From NCBI GenBank assembly GCA_951406725.2, contig OX597817.1:2232001-2296000 (forward strand): DNA of 64,000 nucleotides, written 5' to 3'. Positions within the stretch are counted from its first letter, which is position 1, and each line of letters begins with the position of its first letter. Origin of the DNA: Octopus vulgaris. Lineage: Eukaryota. Below are positions 14,030 to 27,169 of the stretch, in pieces. Position numbers and translations under genes: made by a program. The notes under the pieces are model-generated. The model searched no databases. It was not told where the DNA came from and saw only the letters and a list, made by a program, of their open reading frames with translations.

Positions 14030-14130
14030 TAATGATAATAATAATATCATCATCATCATCATTGTTGTTGTTGTTGTTGTTGTTGTTCTTGTTCTTCTTC
14101 TTCTTCTTCTTCTTCTTCTTCTTCTTCTTC

Positions 14131-14193
<63 letters not shown>

Positions 14194-14218
14194 GTTGTTG
14201 TAATAGTAGTGGTAGTAT
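14030..14218. repeat. Compound trinucleotide microsatellite (ATA/ATC/TTG/TTC/TTA/TAG)
   Basis: Read directly from the sequence. Confidence 0.95.
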
Positions 14219-15199
14219 TTTAATATCTTTCTGAAACACTGCTAGAAAACGATATGTTTCCCAATCGATATATCATTTCAAACAGACAGCAATATTTTTG
14301 TAAATGATATGTAAAGAAAAATAGAAATAGAAAGTTGGTTTTTTTTTTGTAATAGTAATAACTATAATGTAGGAATTGAAAATGTAAACGACCACTATAA
14401 TTAAAGGCCCCTTGGGTACAGTTATACAGGATGCTGACAAACACATAAATCTAAACCGCAGAACCTTGCATCTTTGATGCCAATTCTGGTAGTGTTTATA
14501 TTTACCGAGAGTAACTATTTATATTGATACTGCCCCTGTTGCCTCTCCCGGCGCTGTTATTCGATATATCGCTGGTCGAACATCCAACATTGACAAGACC
14601 AAGGAAGGTCGAAAACACGTGATCTGGTTGTCTCGGCGCTGGATGGGGCGGAGATTTACCTCCTGTTCAGCAATATACATAAGAGAATATTTTTCAACAA
14701 AAGTCATTATGAGAGTTTCTGTCCTGGTATCTAAGAGAACATCCAGATTTCGGTGGCTATAAATATTACCTCTCCGTATTAATAATGCCTCTGTCGCCGA
14801 CACTGGCTAATCGCGATACCAGCGTCCGTTCTGGCTGTGTAATTCTATTTATCTTCCAGATTGCCATAAGAGTGCATCTTGCACCAAAAGATAATATTAC
14901 AGTTTCTCTCAGGGTAACTGGTGCAGTATAGTTTCTTGTAACAGATCATCCGCGGTTAAAGTTGGGATAAATATTACCTATATACTACACACACACACAC
15001 ACACACGCACACATATGTACAATTAAGATTAAGTTGAATTAAATACTTAAGTTGAGGTACCAAGCCAGTCCGGTATGGTCTGCGTACACACACACACACA
15101 CACATACACACACATATATATATATATATATATGTATGTATATATATATAAATGTATGTATGTATGTATGTATGGATATATATAAATATATATATACAA

Positions 15200-15231
<32 letters not shown>

Positions 15232-15333
15232 TTGTGTGTCTCACAGGAGACGATCTGCAAATTTTGCGAATGATTGACCACATATGCATAAATATCTACC
15301 TACATGCGAGCATGCATACATACATGCATACAC

Positions 15334-15450
15334 AGGCGTGGCTGTGTGGTAAGAAGCTTGCTTCCCAACCACATGGTTCCGGGTTTAGTCCCAGTTCGTG
15401 GCACCTTGCGCAGTGGATATGGAAAATAAGGAAACTGGAAGACGCCCGTC

Positions 15451-15494
<44 letters not shown>

Positions 15495-15585
15495 CTGTGT
15501 GTGTGGTCGACTTCTTCAACTAACACCCTCTAAGGCGGTGCTCCAACATGACCACAGTCAAATGAATAGAACAAGTAAAAATAAC
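15334..15585 (+). mobile_element. SINE family B, internally deleted
   Basis: Head ggcgtggctgtgtggtaagaagcttgc...ggttccgggtttagtccc and tail ggcggtgctccaacatgaccacagtcaaatgaa...acaagtaaaa. Confidence 0.75.
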
Positions 15586-15741
15586 AAGAATATATATATA
15601 CATATATACATATACACGCGCATACATACATATATACATATACACACGCATACATACATATATACACAGATACATATATATATACATTCACACACATACA
15701 TATATACATACATACAGTCATACATACATTGATTTATACAT

Positions 15742-17030
15742 ACAAGGTGTATTCCAGAATTTTTAAGGAAAAAACATTAATTCCAAAGAATTACAAAATT
15801 TTAATTTGCTTCAAAGTTTAATTTGCTTCAGTGCACTTTTCTTCTTCTTCTTCTTCTTCTTCTTCTTCTTCTTCTTCTTCTTCTTCTTCTTCTTCTTCTT
15901 CTTCTTCTTCTTCCAATCAAGACTCCCGCCATTAGCCAAAAAGAATAATCTCTAATTCGAGCCTACTCTAAGCTACTAAGAATGCGTGTAGCAACTTGAA
16001 GATCCAACTACCACACGCGATAGACTGGCGGTTGAACGGGCGTGAAAGCTACCTTGTTATCCTCATTCCGTAAACGGTGGCTTTTAACGGGTGGAGAGCT
16101 GAACCATCCTGGGTTACAGTGGATTCGCAATCTAGACTAGGGTCTGAAAGTTCACCACACCATAGTGAGTTACACTATGGTCCCTCTGGTTTGTGGCAGA
16201 AGTAGGAAGGAAGAGTGAGAGAAAGTTGTGGAGTACAGCGGGGTTGACCTCTTCCCCACGGCTGCGGCGGGTGGGGTCGAACCTCGCTGTACTCTTTCAC
16301 CTCGTGGAGCTTAGATGTTTTTGCTCAATAAACACTCACAATGCTCGGTCTGGGAATCGAAACCGTGTTCTTACGACCGCGTGTCCGTCGCCCTAACCAC
16401 TGGGCCATTGCGCTTCCTCAGTGCACTTGTTAGAACGCTCCAGCCATTTCGTGAAGGCAACATGGAAGTCCGCCAAAGTGAACGTGTCCAGTACTCTTGT
16501 CGCAGCCTCCTTCATCTTCAAAGCGACAGCCCCTGAAGGTTTCCTTCAGCTTCGGGAACAACCAAAAGTCAAAGGTAGCAAGATCTGGACTGTAGGGAAC
16601 GTGAAGGTCAGTTTTGATGCACATCTCTGTCGTTTAGTCAGTTACCAATATGCACGGCACTGAGTGAATATCAGTGCAAAACAAATTTTGCACAAATGTT
16701 GCGCGTGATCAAATCTTCATGATTAATTCTGCTTACAGTTGCCACACCAACTCCAAACAACGTACTTTTTGGCTTTATAGACACACAACGGTTCTCATCC
16801 AGAAAATTGCAAATTTTCTCAACCAGCTCTCATGTTTTGACGTTCCTCTCCCTTTCACACTTCTCGTCGTCTCACACCTCCTGTCTACCGTCCTTGAATC
16901 TCTTGTGCAAGCGAAACATTTAATCCATAAACAGTTTGGGGCATGTCACGAGTTTCTGATGCGTTTTGGCCCAATTTAGCACAAAATTTTATTGCATGGT
17001 GAGGTTCAAAACATCCAGACTGCATGCTGA
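15742..17030 (-). mobile_element. Mariner remnant interrupted by a SINE
   Basis: N-terminus HAIKFCAKLGQNASET...HKRFKDGR (16990-16880), catalytic PYSPDLATFDFWLFPKLK (ORF 16430-16624), and the C-terminal end resuming at 15838 across the SINE. Confidence 0.85.
15839..16417 (-). mobile_element. tRNA-derived SINE (~580 bp) with (GAA)n tail and 11 bp TSD
   Basis: Head has A box tggcccagtgg and B box ggtttcgattccc. The tail is (CTT)n on the + strand at 15839-15913. TSD tcagtgcactt lies at 15828-15838 and 16418-16428. Confidence 0.85.
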
Positions 17031-17323
17031 AGCAAGTTATGTTAAGTAGGTTGAGTACAATTACAACCGTCTCCTTCTATATAGAATAACAAAATTTGGC
17101 AGGTCAGCTAATTAAACATAAAGAAATCATATTCTAAAATTACAATAACAGAGAAGCAGTTATAACTGCATCTCTTAAAAAAGAGTATCAAAAGTTTTTG
17201 GAATGCATCTCGTAATTCTATATGCAATCGAATTCCGTCACATCTGCACATGTGTATAATTTATTCTTGTGTAATGAATACAACCCACTAAAAGTTTTGT
17301 AAATATGAGCGGTAAAAAAATTA

Positions 17324-17385
<62 letters not shown>

Positions 17386-17895
17386 GAGTGGGAGAGCAGT
17401 GCATGCCATCAAAGTGACACTGGGGTAAAATATACGAAGCCCAGTATACCCATCATGACTACCCGTCTGATAAAGGTACAGCAGGCACATGCATCACAAC
17501 CATATGTGCGCGACATGGTGATCTCATATCAAGATAAACAGCACATGACCTTGCAGGTGGGGCCCAGTTGGAATTTTCTTCTTGTCGAGTAGCCCATCCC
17601 GCTCAAAAGGTCCCTGAATAAGGGTTGTTTAAGGATGTTGAAAAAACCACCCATGTTTCCAGAGGTGAATTATCCAAACCTCCAAGAATCCCTCTCACCA
17701 CATGGCTATGATGCTCCGCCACTACTTCTGCTCGTGATCAGAGATGTACATATCGTCAGCCACTAAGGGACATGCTCAACTGGTTAAGGTCAAACAACTG
17801 ACAAGCAAATCTGTGGTATTGAGCAGAATATTTGCTGTAGCCCATCTCTTATACCAAAACAAAACAATTGTACGTGATAACACTTCCAATCAGTT
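17386..17895 (-). repeat. Unclassified ~500 bp probable interspersed element abutting (TAA)n
   Basis: GC-richer complex sequence with a sharp boundary against the (TTA)n tract. I recognise no protein motif in it. Confidence 0.35.
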
Positions 17896-17943
17896 GTGTT
17901 ATCATGAACACTGTTTTGTCTTATTATTATTATTATTATTATT

Positions 17944-18062
17944 CAGTAGTTTTATTTTTATAGCGTGCTTTCACTTCACTACCGAGCGCAGCTCTGTGTG
18001 CCTTGGGTATGTGCTGTGATTTGTTGTGATGCTCTGATGGTTATTGTATGGAAAGTGTTCTG
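17944..18062 (-). mobile_element. R4/Dong-like RLE LINE 3' end, copy 1, inside (TAA)n
   Basis: Near-identical to the 3' ends at 18266 and 20640. (TTA)n flanks both sides. Confidence 0.85.
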
Positions 18063-18080
18063 TTATTATTATTATTATTA

Positions 18081-18115
<35 letters not shown>

Positions 18116-18182
18116 GGTGTTGTTGTTGTTGTTGTTGTTGTTATTATCATTATTATTAATATTATTGGTGTTGTTGTTATTG

Positions 18183-18265
<83 letters not shown>

Positions 18266-18268
<3 letters not shown>

Positions 18269-19195
18269 TAGTTTTATTTTTATAGCGTGCTTTCACTTCA
18301 CTACGGAGCGCAGCTCTCTGTGCCTTGGGTGTGTGCTGTGGTTTGCTGTGATGCTCTTATGGTTCTGTATTGAAAGTGTTTTGCGTAGGATGTGTGCAGT
18401 GCCCAGTAGTGCAATTTTTCTGTGTTATATATATTTGTAAGTCCTGGTGTTTTTGTTATGTATTTGTCTGAATATTTTTTATCATACATAATGCACCCAC
18501 TATGATAGGAATTATTTCCGTTTTTAGATTCCTCATTCTAATTATGTCTGTTTCCAGGTCTTTTTATTTTGAGAGTTTCTCCATTTCTTTTAGAGACACG
18601 TTGTCATCTGCCGGTACTGATACATCAATTAGAAAGCATTTTTTTCTTCATGGTCTCTGACAACTATATCTGGTCTGTTGGCCTTAATTTCTCTATCTGT
18701 GTGTATCGGCATATCCCAGAGTATGGTTGCTTTCTCGTTTTCTGTGACCTTTTCTGGTGTGTGCCTATACCATCTTTTTTCTGTTGTTATTCCATAATGT
18801 TGGCATAGCTTCCAATGTATGTAAGTTCCAACTCTGTCATGTCTGTGAACATATTCTTTCTTAGCCAGGACTGGGCAGCTAGAGATAATATGATTTATTG
18901 TTTCTTGTCCATCTCCACATATTCTGCAGTTACTTGTTATATTTCTTTTCATTATATGTTTTTGCTAAGTTCTGGTGGCGAGGTTTTGGTCTTGTGTTGC
19001 AATTAAAAATCCTTCTGTCTCTGCTTTGAGTCCTGAGCTTCTCAACCATTGCTGGGATTTTTCTCTGTCAATTTCTTTTGCGTTTAGTTTTTGCCATGAA
19101 GGGGCTTTTCTTGCCATCGGTTTATCAAGGTCCGTTCCTGTTCTAGTTTTAGTTTGGATTTCATTTGTTTTATAGTTTTTGTTGTTTCTTTCATC
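18266..19195 (-). mobile_element. R4/Dong-like non-LTR retrotransposon, 5'-truncated (CCHC + restriction-like endonuclease)
   Basis: ETEGFLIATQDQ, CRICGDGQETINHIISSC (CCHC), YVHRHD, ILWDMPIHTDREIKANRPDIVV and the downstream IDVSVPAD...EK. The 3' end joins (TAA)n. Confidence 0.9.
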
Positions 19196-19310
19196 ATTTC
19201 GGGGTCGATAATATAAGTACCACTTGAACACTGACGCCAATGCAATGGGCGTATCCCCTCCCCCAAAATTGCTGCCCTTGTGTCAAACTTTGACATCATC
19301 ATTATTATTA

Positions 19311-19493
19311 AGGCGGTGAGCTGGTAGAATCGTTAGCACGCCTGACTAGATGCTTAGTGGCATTTTTCGGTCTTTAATTCTGAATTCAGTATCTGCTGAG
19401 GTCGATAAATTAAGTATCAGTGAAACACTAGAGTCGATGTAATCAACTAGTTCTCTCCCCACAAATTCCAGGCCCCGTGCCTTTAGTAGAAAA
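19311..19493 (+). mobile_element. SINE family A
   Basis: ggcggtgagctggtagaatcgttagcacgcc head, as at 29249 and 44884. Confidence 0.8.
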
Positions 19494-20639
19494 TATTATT
19501 AGTATTATGATAATTACAAAGAAACATCTTTTCATAGCACTAATGAATTGGTGGAAAATAAAATGAAACTCAATCATTTCCGGGATTGCTGCTACAAAGC
19601 TCATCTTTATGAAACTTGGATCAGCTCAGGCGGATAACTGAATAAGCGAGGAAATTTTCGTGAACTTTTAATTGAATAAAAACCGGTATCGATCCTATAA
19701 AAGGGCTAGGAAAGGTCTTTCGGTCGGATACATGAAAAGGATGAAGAATTATTGGAATCTAAAATACTTCAACTATTTTTGTTTTAAAATATTCTGGTTG
19801 TTTCTTATTTAAATCCTCGTTCTTCAGCACAAGCCACCATTCAGCTTCGACTTACTTTCATGTTATTGCTTCCTTGCATATAGTAAAAAAGCTTCTACGA
19901 TTTCCTTATATCCCCTTTCTCCAATATCAGTTTCTCTTTGCCTGCTTCTAAGTGGTTTTCTATTACACTGTTGTTATTTTGTAGCAGTTATCTATTTCAA
20001 TATTAAACTCCCTCTTTCTCGTGAACAGTATTTGTATGCTTCTTTCAGACTTTGGAGTAAGGCCTTCGTAACGCTCTTAGTATATACCAAATTTTTCTAC
20101 GATCTTCATTTCATTTCATTTAAGTTCAAATTATGTTAAAGATGTAATTTATCCCAGGAATGGCATATGTAGTAAAAAACACCAATGGTATATAAATTAG
20201 TATTTCTAGTTGCCAGTAGCTACTAGATTTGATGTATAGATAAGCAGAATAGCTACTCAGTTCTCTGTGATTGTTCAAGTGGTGCAGACACTTTTGATGT
20301 AACCTCAATAAGGATCAAAACTCAATTAAGGCTGTTTATAATTGTTTTCAATTTACCAAGTTATAAGTAAAATCGATATGTTAGTGCTTGAATTTCTGTT
20401 ATATATTTTCTGATTTTTCCCGCCATTTCTATGTGTTGTATGTTGCGTGCTTTATTCGGCTCCGTGTGTTTATAAAGATGGTTCTGGTCTAATTCTCTTA
20501 TTTTGATGTCTCTCTTAATTTAAGGTTTTCAGTTTCAGCCAATTTAACGTTTTACATAATAGTTTTGTCACATTTGACAAGCGCCATATTCGTTGATTCA
20601 TCTTTGCTAAGTGTTGTTATTGCTATTATTATTATTATT

Positions 20640-20931
20640 CAGTAGTTTTATTTTTATTTTTATAGCGTGCTTTCACTTCACTACCGAGCGCAGCTCTGTG
20701 TGCCTTGGGTATGTGCTGTGATTTGTTGTGATGCTCTGATGATTATTGTATGGAAAGTGTTCTGCGTAGGATGTGGGCAGTGCCTAGTAGTGCAATTTTC
20801 TGTATGTTATATGTGTTTGTAAGTCCTGGTGTTTTTGTTATGTATTTGTCTGAATATTTTTTTATCATGCCTAATGCACCTACTATGATAGGAATTGTTT
20901 CTGTTTTCAGATTCCACATTCTAGTTACCTC

Positions 20932-20932
<1 letters not shown>
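20640..20932 (-). mobile_element. R4/Dong-like RLE LINE 3' end, copy 3, inside (TAA)n
   Basis: Encodes TRMWNLKTETIPIIVGALGMIKKYSDKYITKTPGLTNTYNIQKIALLGTAHILRRTLS plus the same 3' UTR. (TTA)n flanks both sides. Confidence 0.9.
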
Positions 20933-20995
<63 letters not shown>

Positions 20996-21021
20996 GTTGT
21001 TGTTGTTGTTGTTTTTGTGTA

Positions 21022-21053
<32 letters not shown>

Positions 21054-21085
21054 GTTGTTGTTGTTGTTGTTGTTGTTTTTGTGTA

Positions 21086-21116
<31 letters not shown>

Positions 21117-21692
21117 ATTCTGTTTTTGTTATTATTATTGTTACATCATTGAATTAGGTATGCTCCATACCGAATCGTAATTTATTTACCAAGTGTTATA
21201 TCAAAAGTCAGCTGGAAATTCTCAAAACTCTGGCATATACATGGATGTGAGTGGTGGTAGTTCAGTCTCTATAACATTAAACAGCTTTCTGTAGCTGCAG
21301 TATTAGACGCAATTGCACTGTGGTTATAAATAATAATGGTATTAGCAGTAGTAATAATAACTCCCTTGGTGTCAGCGCTAATAATACAACAGTGGTGTTG
21401 TCTTGAAGATGTGGCCCCCTTTCACTAATGGACGTCACGACACGTCACAAGTACAAATACATCCGCACACATATACAGCACACAATTAAAACCAACAATT
21501 TTCGCTCCACCTTCCTTTCATCAATGTGCTCTCTGCCATCTTTGTTTCTGTGAGCATATATGGTGTGCATCTCTACTTATATGTGTTCGTATGTGTGTAA
21601 TCTCATGTCTGTATACTATTTTATCTAACCTTGCGGATTTAAAACAATACACGTATAGTGTTGCATTATACATACATATATACATGCATACG

Positions 21693-21724
<32 letters not shown>

Positions 21725-22400
21725 ATCGCAAGCATACACTCACACTCACATACATACACTTGCGTGTGCATGCATGTGTGTAAGTGTGCGTTTGTGTACC
21801 TGTGTATGCTTGTGGTTATGTGTATCTATTACAATATGGCTGCATAGCCACACATCTTAAAGAAACAGCAGCTATAGACATTATCTCTTAATCATAAGAT
21901 TTAAGAAAAATCTGAAAGATATAGCGGCGTCCATTCTCTATGGTGGCAACTAATGTAAATTATGACAAATAAACCACACACAAAAAAGAGAAATATGTAA
22001 AAAAAACAAAAAAAAACAACATAACATAACAGACAGACGCCAAATAATAACAAACGAAATCCATCTCCCTCTCCACTCATCCGATGTACCATTTTGTCAT
22101 ATATATTTTCATGTCATATTTTCAAGTCAGCAACACAATAATGGAAGCAAAGAAAGACGATCTTTGCAGACTTCATACTTATTTATTTAGTTATTAGTTA
22201 TGAAGAGTCTATAAACTGCACAGTGCATTTTATACATTATAATGCGTCTTATCGAATGATGGGATAGGAGTGTTTCCATCTGGTCTTTTAATTTAGATAA
22301 GAAGAAAAGCGAACTGAGAATAATCGACTGTAAGTGAATGGCAGAGGAAGAAAAATGAATGGTTGTTCTGTGTGTCAGTCTCAATGTGCCTGTGCACACA

Positions 22401-22403
<3 letters not shown>

Positions 22404-22488
<85 letters not shown>
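22404..22488. repeat. (CA)n microsatellite, ~85 bp
   Basis: Read directly from the sequence. Confidence 0.95.
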
Positions 22489-22490
<2 letters not shown>

Positions 22491-22712
22491 CTGATGTTTG
22501 TTTTTATGTTCAGTTATAATGAAAACAGTTTCATCTTAATCTAGTGGGTTACTACTCTATATTTTGTAGAGTACAAATTTATTTATTCTTGTAAGAGAAT
22601 GTTGTTGAAAGCGACTTCGAAGTTTCACCCAGCTAAATCATCGATGGCTTAGCTGGCAGGAACTTCGAAGTCACGGTGAATATTCATGTATAAGATACAT
22701 ACATAATATATG

Positions 22713-22759
<47 letters not shown>

Positions 22760-23184
22760 ATGTATGTATGTATGTATGTATGTATGTATGTATGTATGTA
22801 TGCATGCATGTATGTATGTATGTATGTTTCTATGTATATACAAGCTTACACAGGTATACATGTATATAAATATATTATAGATAAACACATACATATACAT
22901 AAATAGCATATTTGTATATTACATACATACACACACATATAATACATACATGCACATACGCATGCATCCATGAAACATAGACGCACATATGTGTATATGC
23001 ACATACGCAAAGGTGCGCGTGCGCAAACACACATATATGTATATACACCCACACACATACATACAAACACACACACACACATATATATATACATACATAT
23101 ATATATATATATATACATACATATATACATACATACAAATATATGATGTCCTGTACATTGTGTACAGGACAAAATATCAAAAGA

Positions 23185-23255
<71 letters not shown>

Positions 23256-23622
23256 CATATACATAAAGAATAGGACCGCAAAAAATCGTCTGTGTGTCAA
23301 AAATAACAAATACATGTAAGAAAAGAAAAACATAGACTGGTGTCAAACAATGGCAGGATGACATTTCATAATGGTGAGAATTTGCGTCCTTAATCCAGCG
23401 AAACGCTTGACTTCACAAGCAAAATATAACTGATGTGAAATGCTGATGAAATGTTTTTATATTTTAGAATTGAAACCATTGTGCTTCTTTGCGCTAAAGA
23501 ACTCAGCAGATTGCAAAATAAGATAAATGAGAAGTAGATATTGCAGGATTTCAAATCATAAGTCTACTGTTTCTTAGGGAATCATACACACGCACGCATA
23601 CATACATACGTACGAATTTATA

Positions 23623-23675
<53 letters not shown>

Positions 23676-24029
23676 TCATATATATATGCATAGGAGTGTA
23701 GTGTGTATGAGCTCATATGGCACTGTTAACATACGAACCTATTGGTCTACATTTTGTTGAAGACATTAAAAGTTACGCGCATGGTGGTATTCAACGGTGA
23801 AGACCACACCGTCACTTCAACAGACGCAGATACTCACCCCACACATATTTACACACACACATATATAATTATATATGTGCGTATATATATATAAGTGTGT
23901 GTGTGTGTGTGTGTGTGTTAGTGTTTGTGTGTCTGTGTGGTGTGTTTATGTGTCATATAAATGAGCAGAAACACTGCCTTCAGGGTCATTTTCTGCTCAT
24001 TTCGATAACACTACACATCATATACATAC

Positions 24030-24079
<50 letters not shown>

Positions 24080-24412
24080 ACAAAGGGTAAAGTTAATTAA
24101 TTAAGAAGTAATCAAAAATTTCACCAAGTAGAATTCGGCATGAAAAAAGGACCATTTCATGGTAAACTTAAGTAATACTTAATAATTAGGGTTCAGCAAA
24201 GATTTGCCTTACCACATACCGAAGTTTAGAAATAGCAGCCAAAAAAACGTTAGCTATTTCTTCTACTTTAAAAAGGGACTCCCAGAAAAACCAAAATCCA
24301 ATTTTATAGTAAAATATTATATAATATAATTCGAGACAAAACCACTATTTTAAAACCAAACAAGGAAAGACTTAATCAATACATAAAATTTTAATATAAA
24401 TTAAATAAACCG

Positions 24413-24456
24413 CCACTACAAATGTTTCATGTCTGCTACCGACAATCTTCAGGTGG
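24413..24456 (-). ncRNA. Type I minimal hammerhead ribozyme motif (mirror copy)
   Basis: Exact reverse complement of 25250-25293. Confidence 0.7.
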
Positions 24457-25249
24457 ATTTTCGATCTAAAAATAGCAATATTTTAAAATATAATTTAAAT
24501 AGCAATATTTTAAAATATAATTTAAAATAATTAAAAATAATAAAATAATAAAATTATCAATGAAAGAATGTAAAAAAATAAAAATATAATCTATATATAA
24601 TCTATATATAATCTATATATAATCAATATATAATCTAAAATAATCTAAAATAAACCCTATAAACAATTGAATATAAAAACCTATTATAAAAGTTCTCATA
24701 TTTAAAAATGTACAAAAACCAAAAAACAACAAGCAAATAAAAAAAAAAACAACCAAAACCTAAAATTTATTTATCTGTATAGGTGTGGGTGTTTATATAT
24801 TGGTATATATCGTGTTCTGTATGTATGTGTATGTATATGTATGTGTGAGCGGGTATATGTATATTGTTTATGAATTGAGTGTTGTATGTGTGTGTGAGGA
24901 AATATGAATAAGTAATGTGTTGAGTGTATGAGCATGTGTGTGTATATATAGTTTATTTTTTGTTTTTTGTTTTTTGTTTTTAGGTTTTGGTTTTTTATTT
25001 GCTTGTTGTTTTTTGGTTTTTGTACATTTTTAAATATGAGAACTTTTATAATAGGTTTTTATATTCAATTGTTTATAGGGTTTATTTTAGATTATTTTAG
25101 ATTATATATTGATTATATATAGATTATATATAGATTATATATAGATTATATTTTTATTTTTACATTCTTTCATTGATAATTTTATTATTTTATTATTTTA
25201 AATTATTTTAAATTATATTTTAAAATATTGCTATTTTTAGATCGAAAAT

Positions 25250-25293
25250 CCACCTGAAGATTGTCGGTAGCAGACATGAAACATTTGTAGTGG
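25250..25293 (+). ncRNA. Type I minimal hammerhead ribozyme motif
   Basis: Stem I CCAC/GUGG, core CUGAAGA, stem II UGUC-GGUAGCA-GACA (closed by U.U), GAAA, short stem III AC-AUUU-GU, and cleavage triplet GUA at 25287-25289. Confidence 0.7.
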
Positions 25294-25465
25294 CGGTTTA
25301 TTTAATTTATATTAAAATTTTATGTATTGATTAAGTCTTTCCTTGTTTGGTTTTAAAATAGTGGTTTTGTCTCGAATTATATTATATAATATTTTACTAT
25401 AAAATTGGATTTAACCCTAAATCTGATTTTTCCCAGTAATTTTGGATTCATTCCCTAATATTTAT

Positions 25466-25497
<32 letters not shown>

Positions 25498-26369
25498 TGC
25501 ATGTATGTATATATGTGTGCATATATATATGTATACTTCTTCCCAGACGTTCCATCTCTTCATTGACCATTGCACGGCTATGTGCACGCATGTGTAGTGG
25601 CTTTTCAGTCAACTTTTGTTCTGCAGCAGCGTTCAGAGACAATGACTTATTTCTCTTTTCAGTAGAAATGTACTGTGGTCAGCTTCCCATAAAATATTTG
25701 TCTGGGCTTCTGTCTTCCATCCTGACAACATGAGTAGTCCACCGTACAAGGGTCAAAGTTATCCCTTTCTAAATAATCGTCTTACCGGCTCTCTCGGCTA
25801 CAACAATATCATAGACGAGTGAGTAGACAAAGACAAGAAAGGGGCACTTTGGTATAAGTTACATAATTGTTTTAATAACAGTCACGCACCAAATGACTTA
25901 AAGTTTCGTGGATCCGTTGTTCGCATCTATTTGGAGAAGCTTCTAGGTATGAAGCTTCTTTTGATTAGCTCAGGTCACGTGGTGTAAATGCTGGGAAAAC
26001 GAAACCAGTATTCTTCTTTTCCTTTAGGCTCAAGTGCTCCAACAGGATGTTGGCATCACTTGGCTACAGGTGTATGTTTAGTGTAACCAGAGATATTAAT
26101 TCCTTGCATTGGGTACTGCAAATGGTAGGGTGGAATATTGGTGCGAGTCCGTAGCTCCATGGTTCAGTGAGTATTAACCTATAGGCGGCAACAATCTTCA
26201 CGTAGGAGTAACCAAATTCGATGGTGTTGGGTTACAACTGAGGCTGGATTGTCAACATGGGTTGGCTGCAGTTTTATACGGGCAGCAGCATTTAATTAGC
26301 CTGCACTTGTGTGTGGGCGGTATATCTGGACTGTCAGTTGCGAATTGCTTGAAGTTCATTAACAGAATG

Positions 26370-26600
26370 CACCTTCCATTGTGAAGTGAACGCTGCAATT
26401 AAGGTTGCTGAGCAGGTGATTTGAAATCATTGATTTCATCGGATCTGTATGTTTATAGAATGAAGCAGTGATCAACATATCGTTGCCAATTATTCACCAG
26501 GTATTTTTTGAAGTTGATACCATACATTGTTTTGGCTTGTTTTTACAGCTGAACCTTCTAGTTATGCCAAATATTCCATTTGACCTAGCTAGAAGAATCC
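26370..26600 (-). pseudogene. Penelope-type reverse transcriptase fragment (YxDD region)
   Basis: YLVNNWQRYVDHCFIL...LSNLNCSVHFTME matches the PLE pattern W.RYxDDCF...LNNL..I.FTME. Confidence 0.6.
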
Positions 26601-27169
26601 AGACAATTGACTCTATTCCGGAAATTTAGAATAAAAGGATCCTAGAATTAAAATGCACTACTTGAAAGAAAATAAACATTCTACTCTTATACAGAATGGA
26701 CTGGAAATTACCAAAGCAATAGATATGAAGAATTACGAAAAGCCAAGAACAGTTGAGGTACACCGAAAACTCTATTTTTAATTACACACACAACCCAAGA
26801 AATCCAGAAACATTCACATTATCCGTCAAAGCATACCATTATATACCAGTGTAAAATTACTTCTTAGTTGCTAAACTTTAACTATAAAACAACCTTTCTT
26901 TAGCTTATCGTACTTCGATACAGGAAAAATGCTCAACCTTCTGCGCCAGTAAACCACAATTGTTCCTGAAAGTTGCTTTTTATATCTTCTACGGAATGCT
27001 TCATGTAAATACATCACGAAGAAGCAAATTAGGCATTTGTCCAGAGATAATAAACTTCATGGACACGCTCAGTTTGAAAATCCAAATTATATCCGTAGCA
27101 GACGAAAATTCTCCATTAGCAGCCAGTGAATATGTGCATATATGTGTATTTCTGTCTCGTCGGACTTAT

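Larger units (their letters stand above)
24076..25465. mobile_element. Non-coding PLE-like fold-back element in (TA)n: inverted arms 24294-24765 and 24978-25412
   Basis: The ~440-470 bp arms are near-exact reverse complements apart from small indels, with a ~210 bp TG-rich spacer. There is a hammerhead motif in each arm, and TA tracts at both outer ends. Confidence 0.85.

Noticed and set aside
14500-14930. Possible Gypsy gag-protease remnant (VLLDTRTE)
   Set aside because: Only one imperfect DTG-like motif, too degraded to support.
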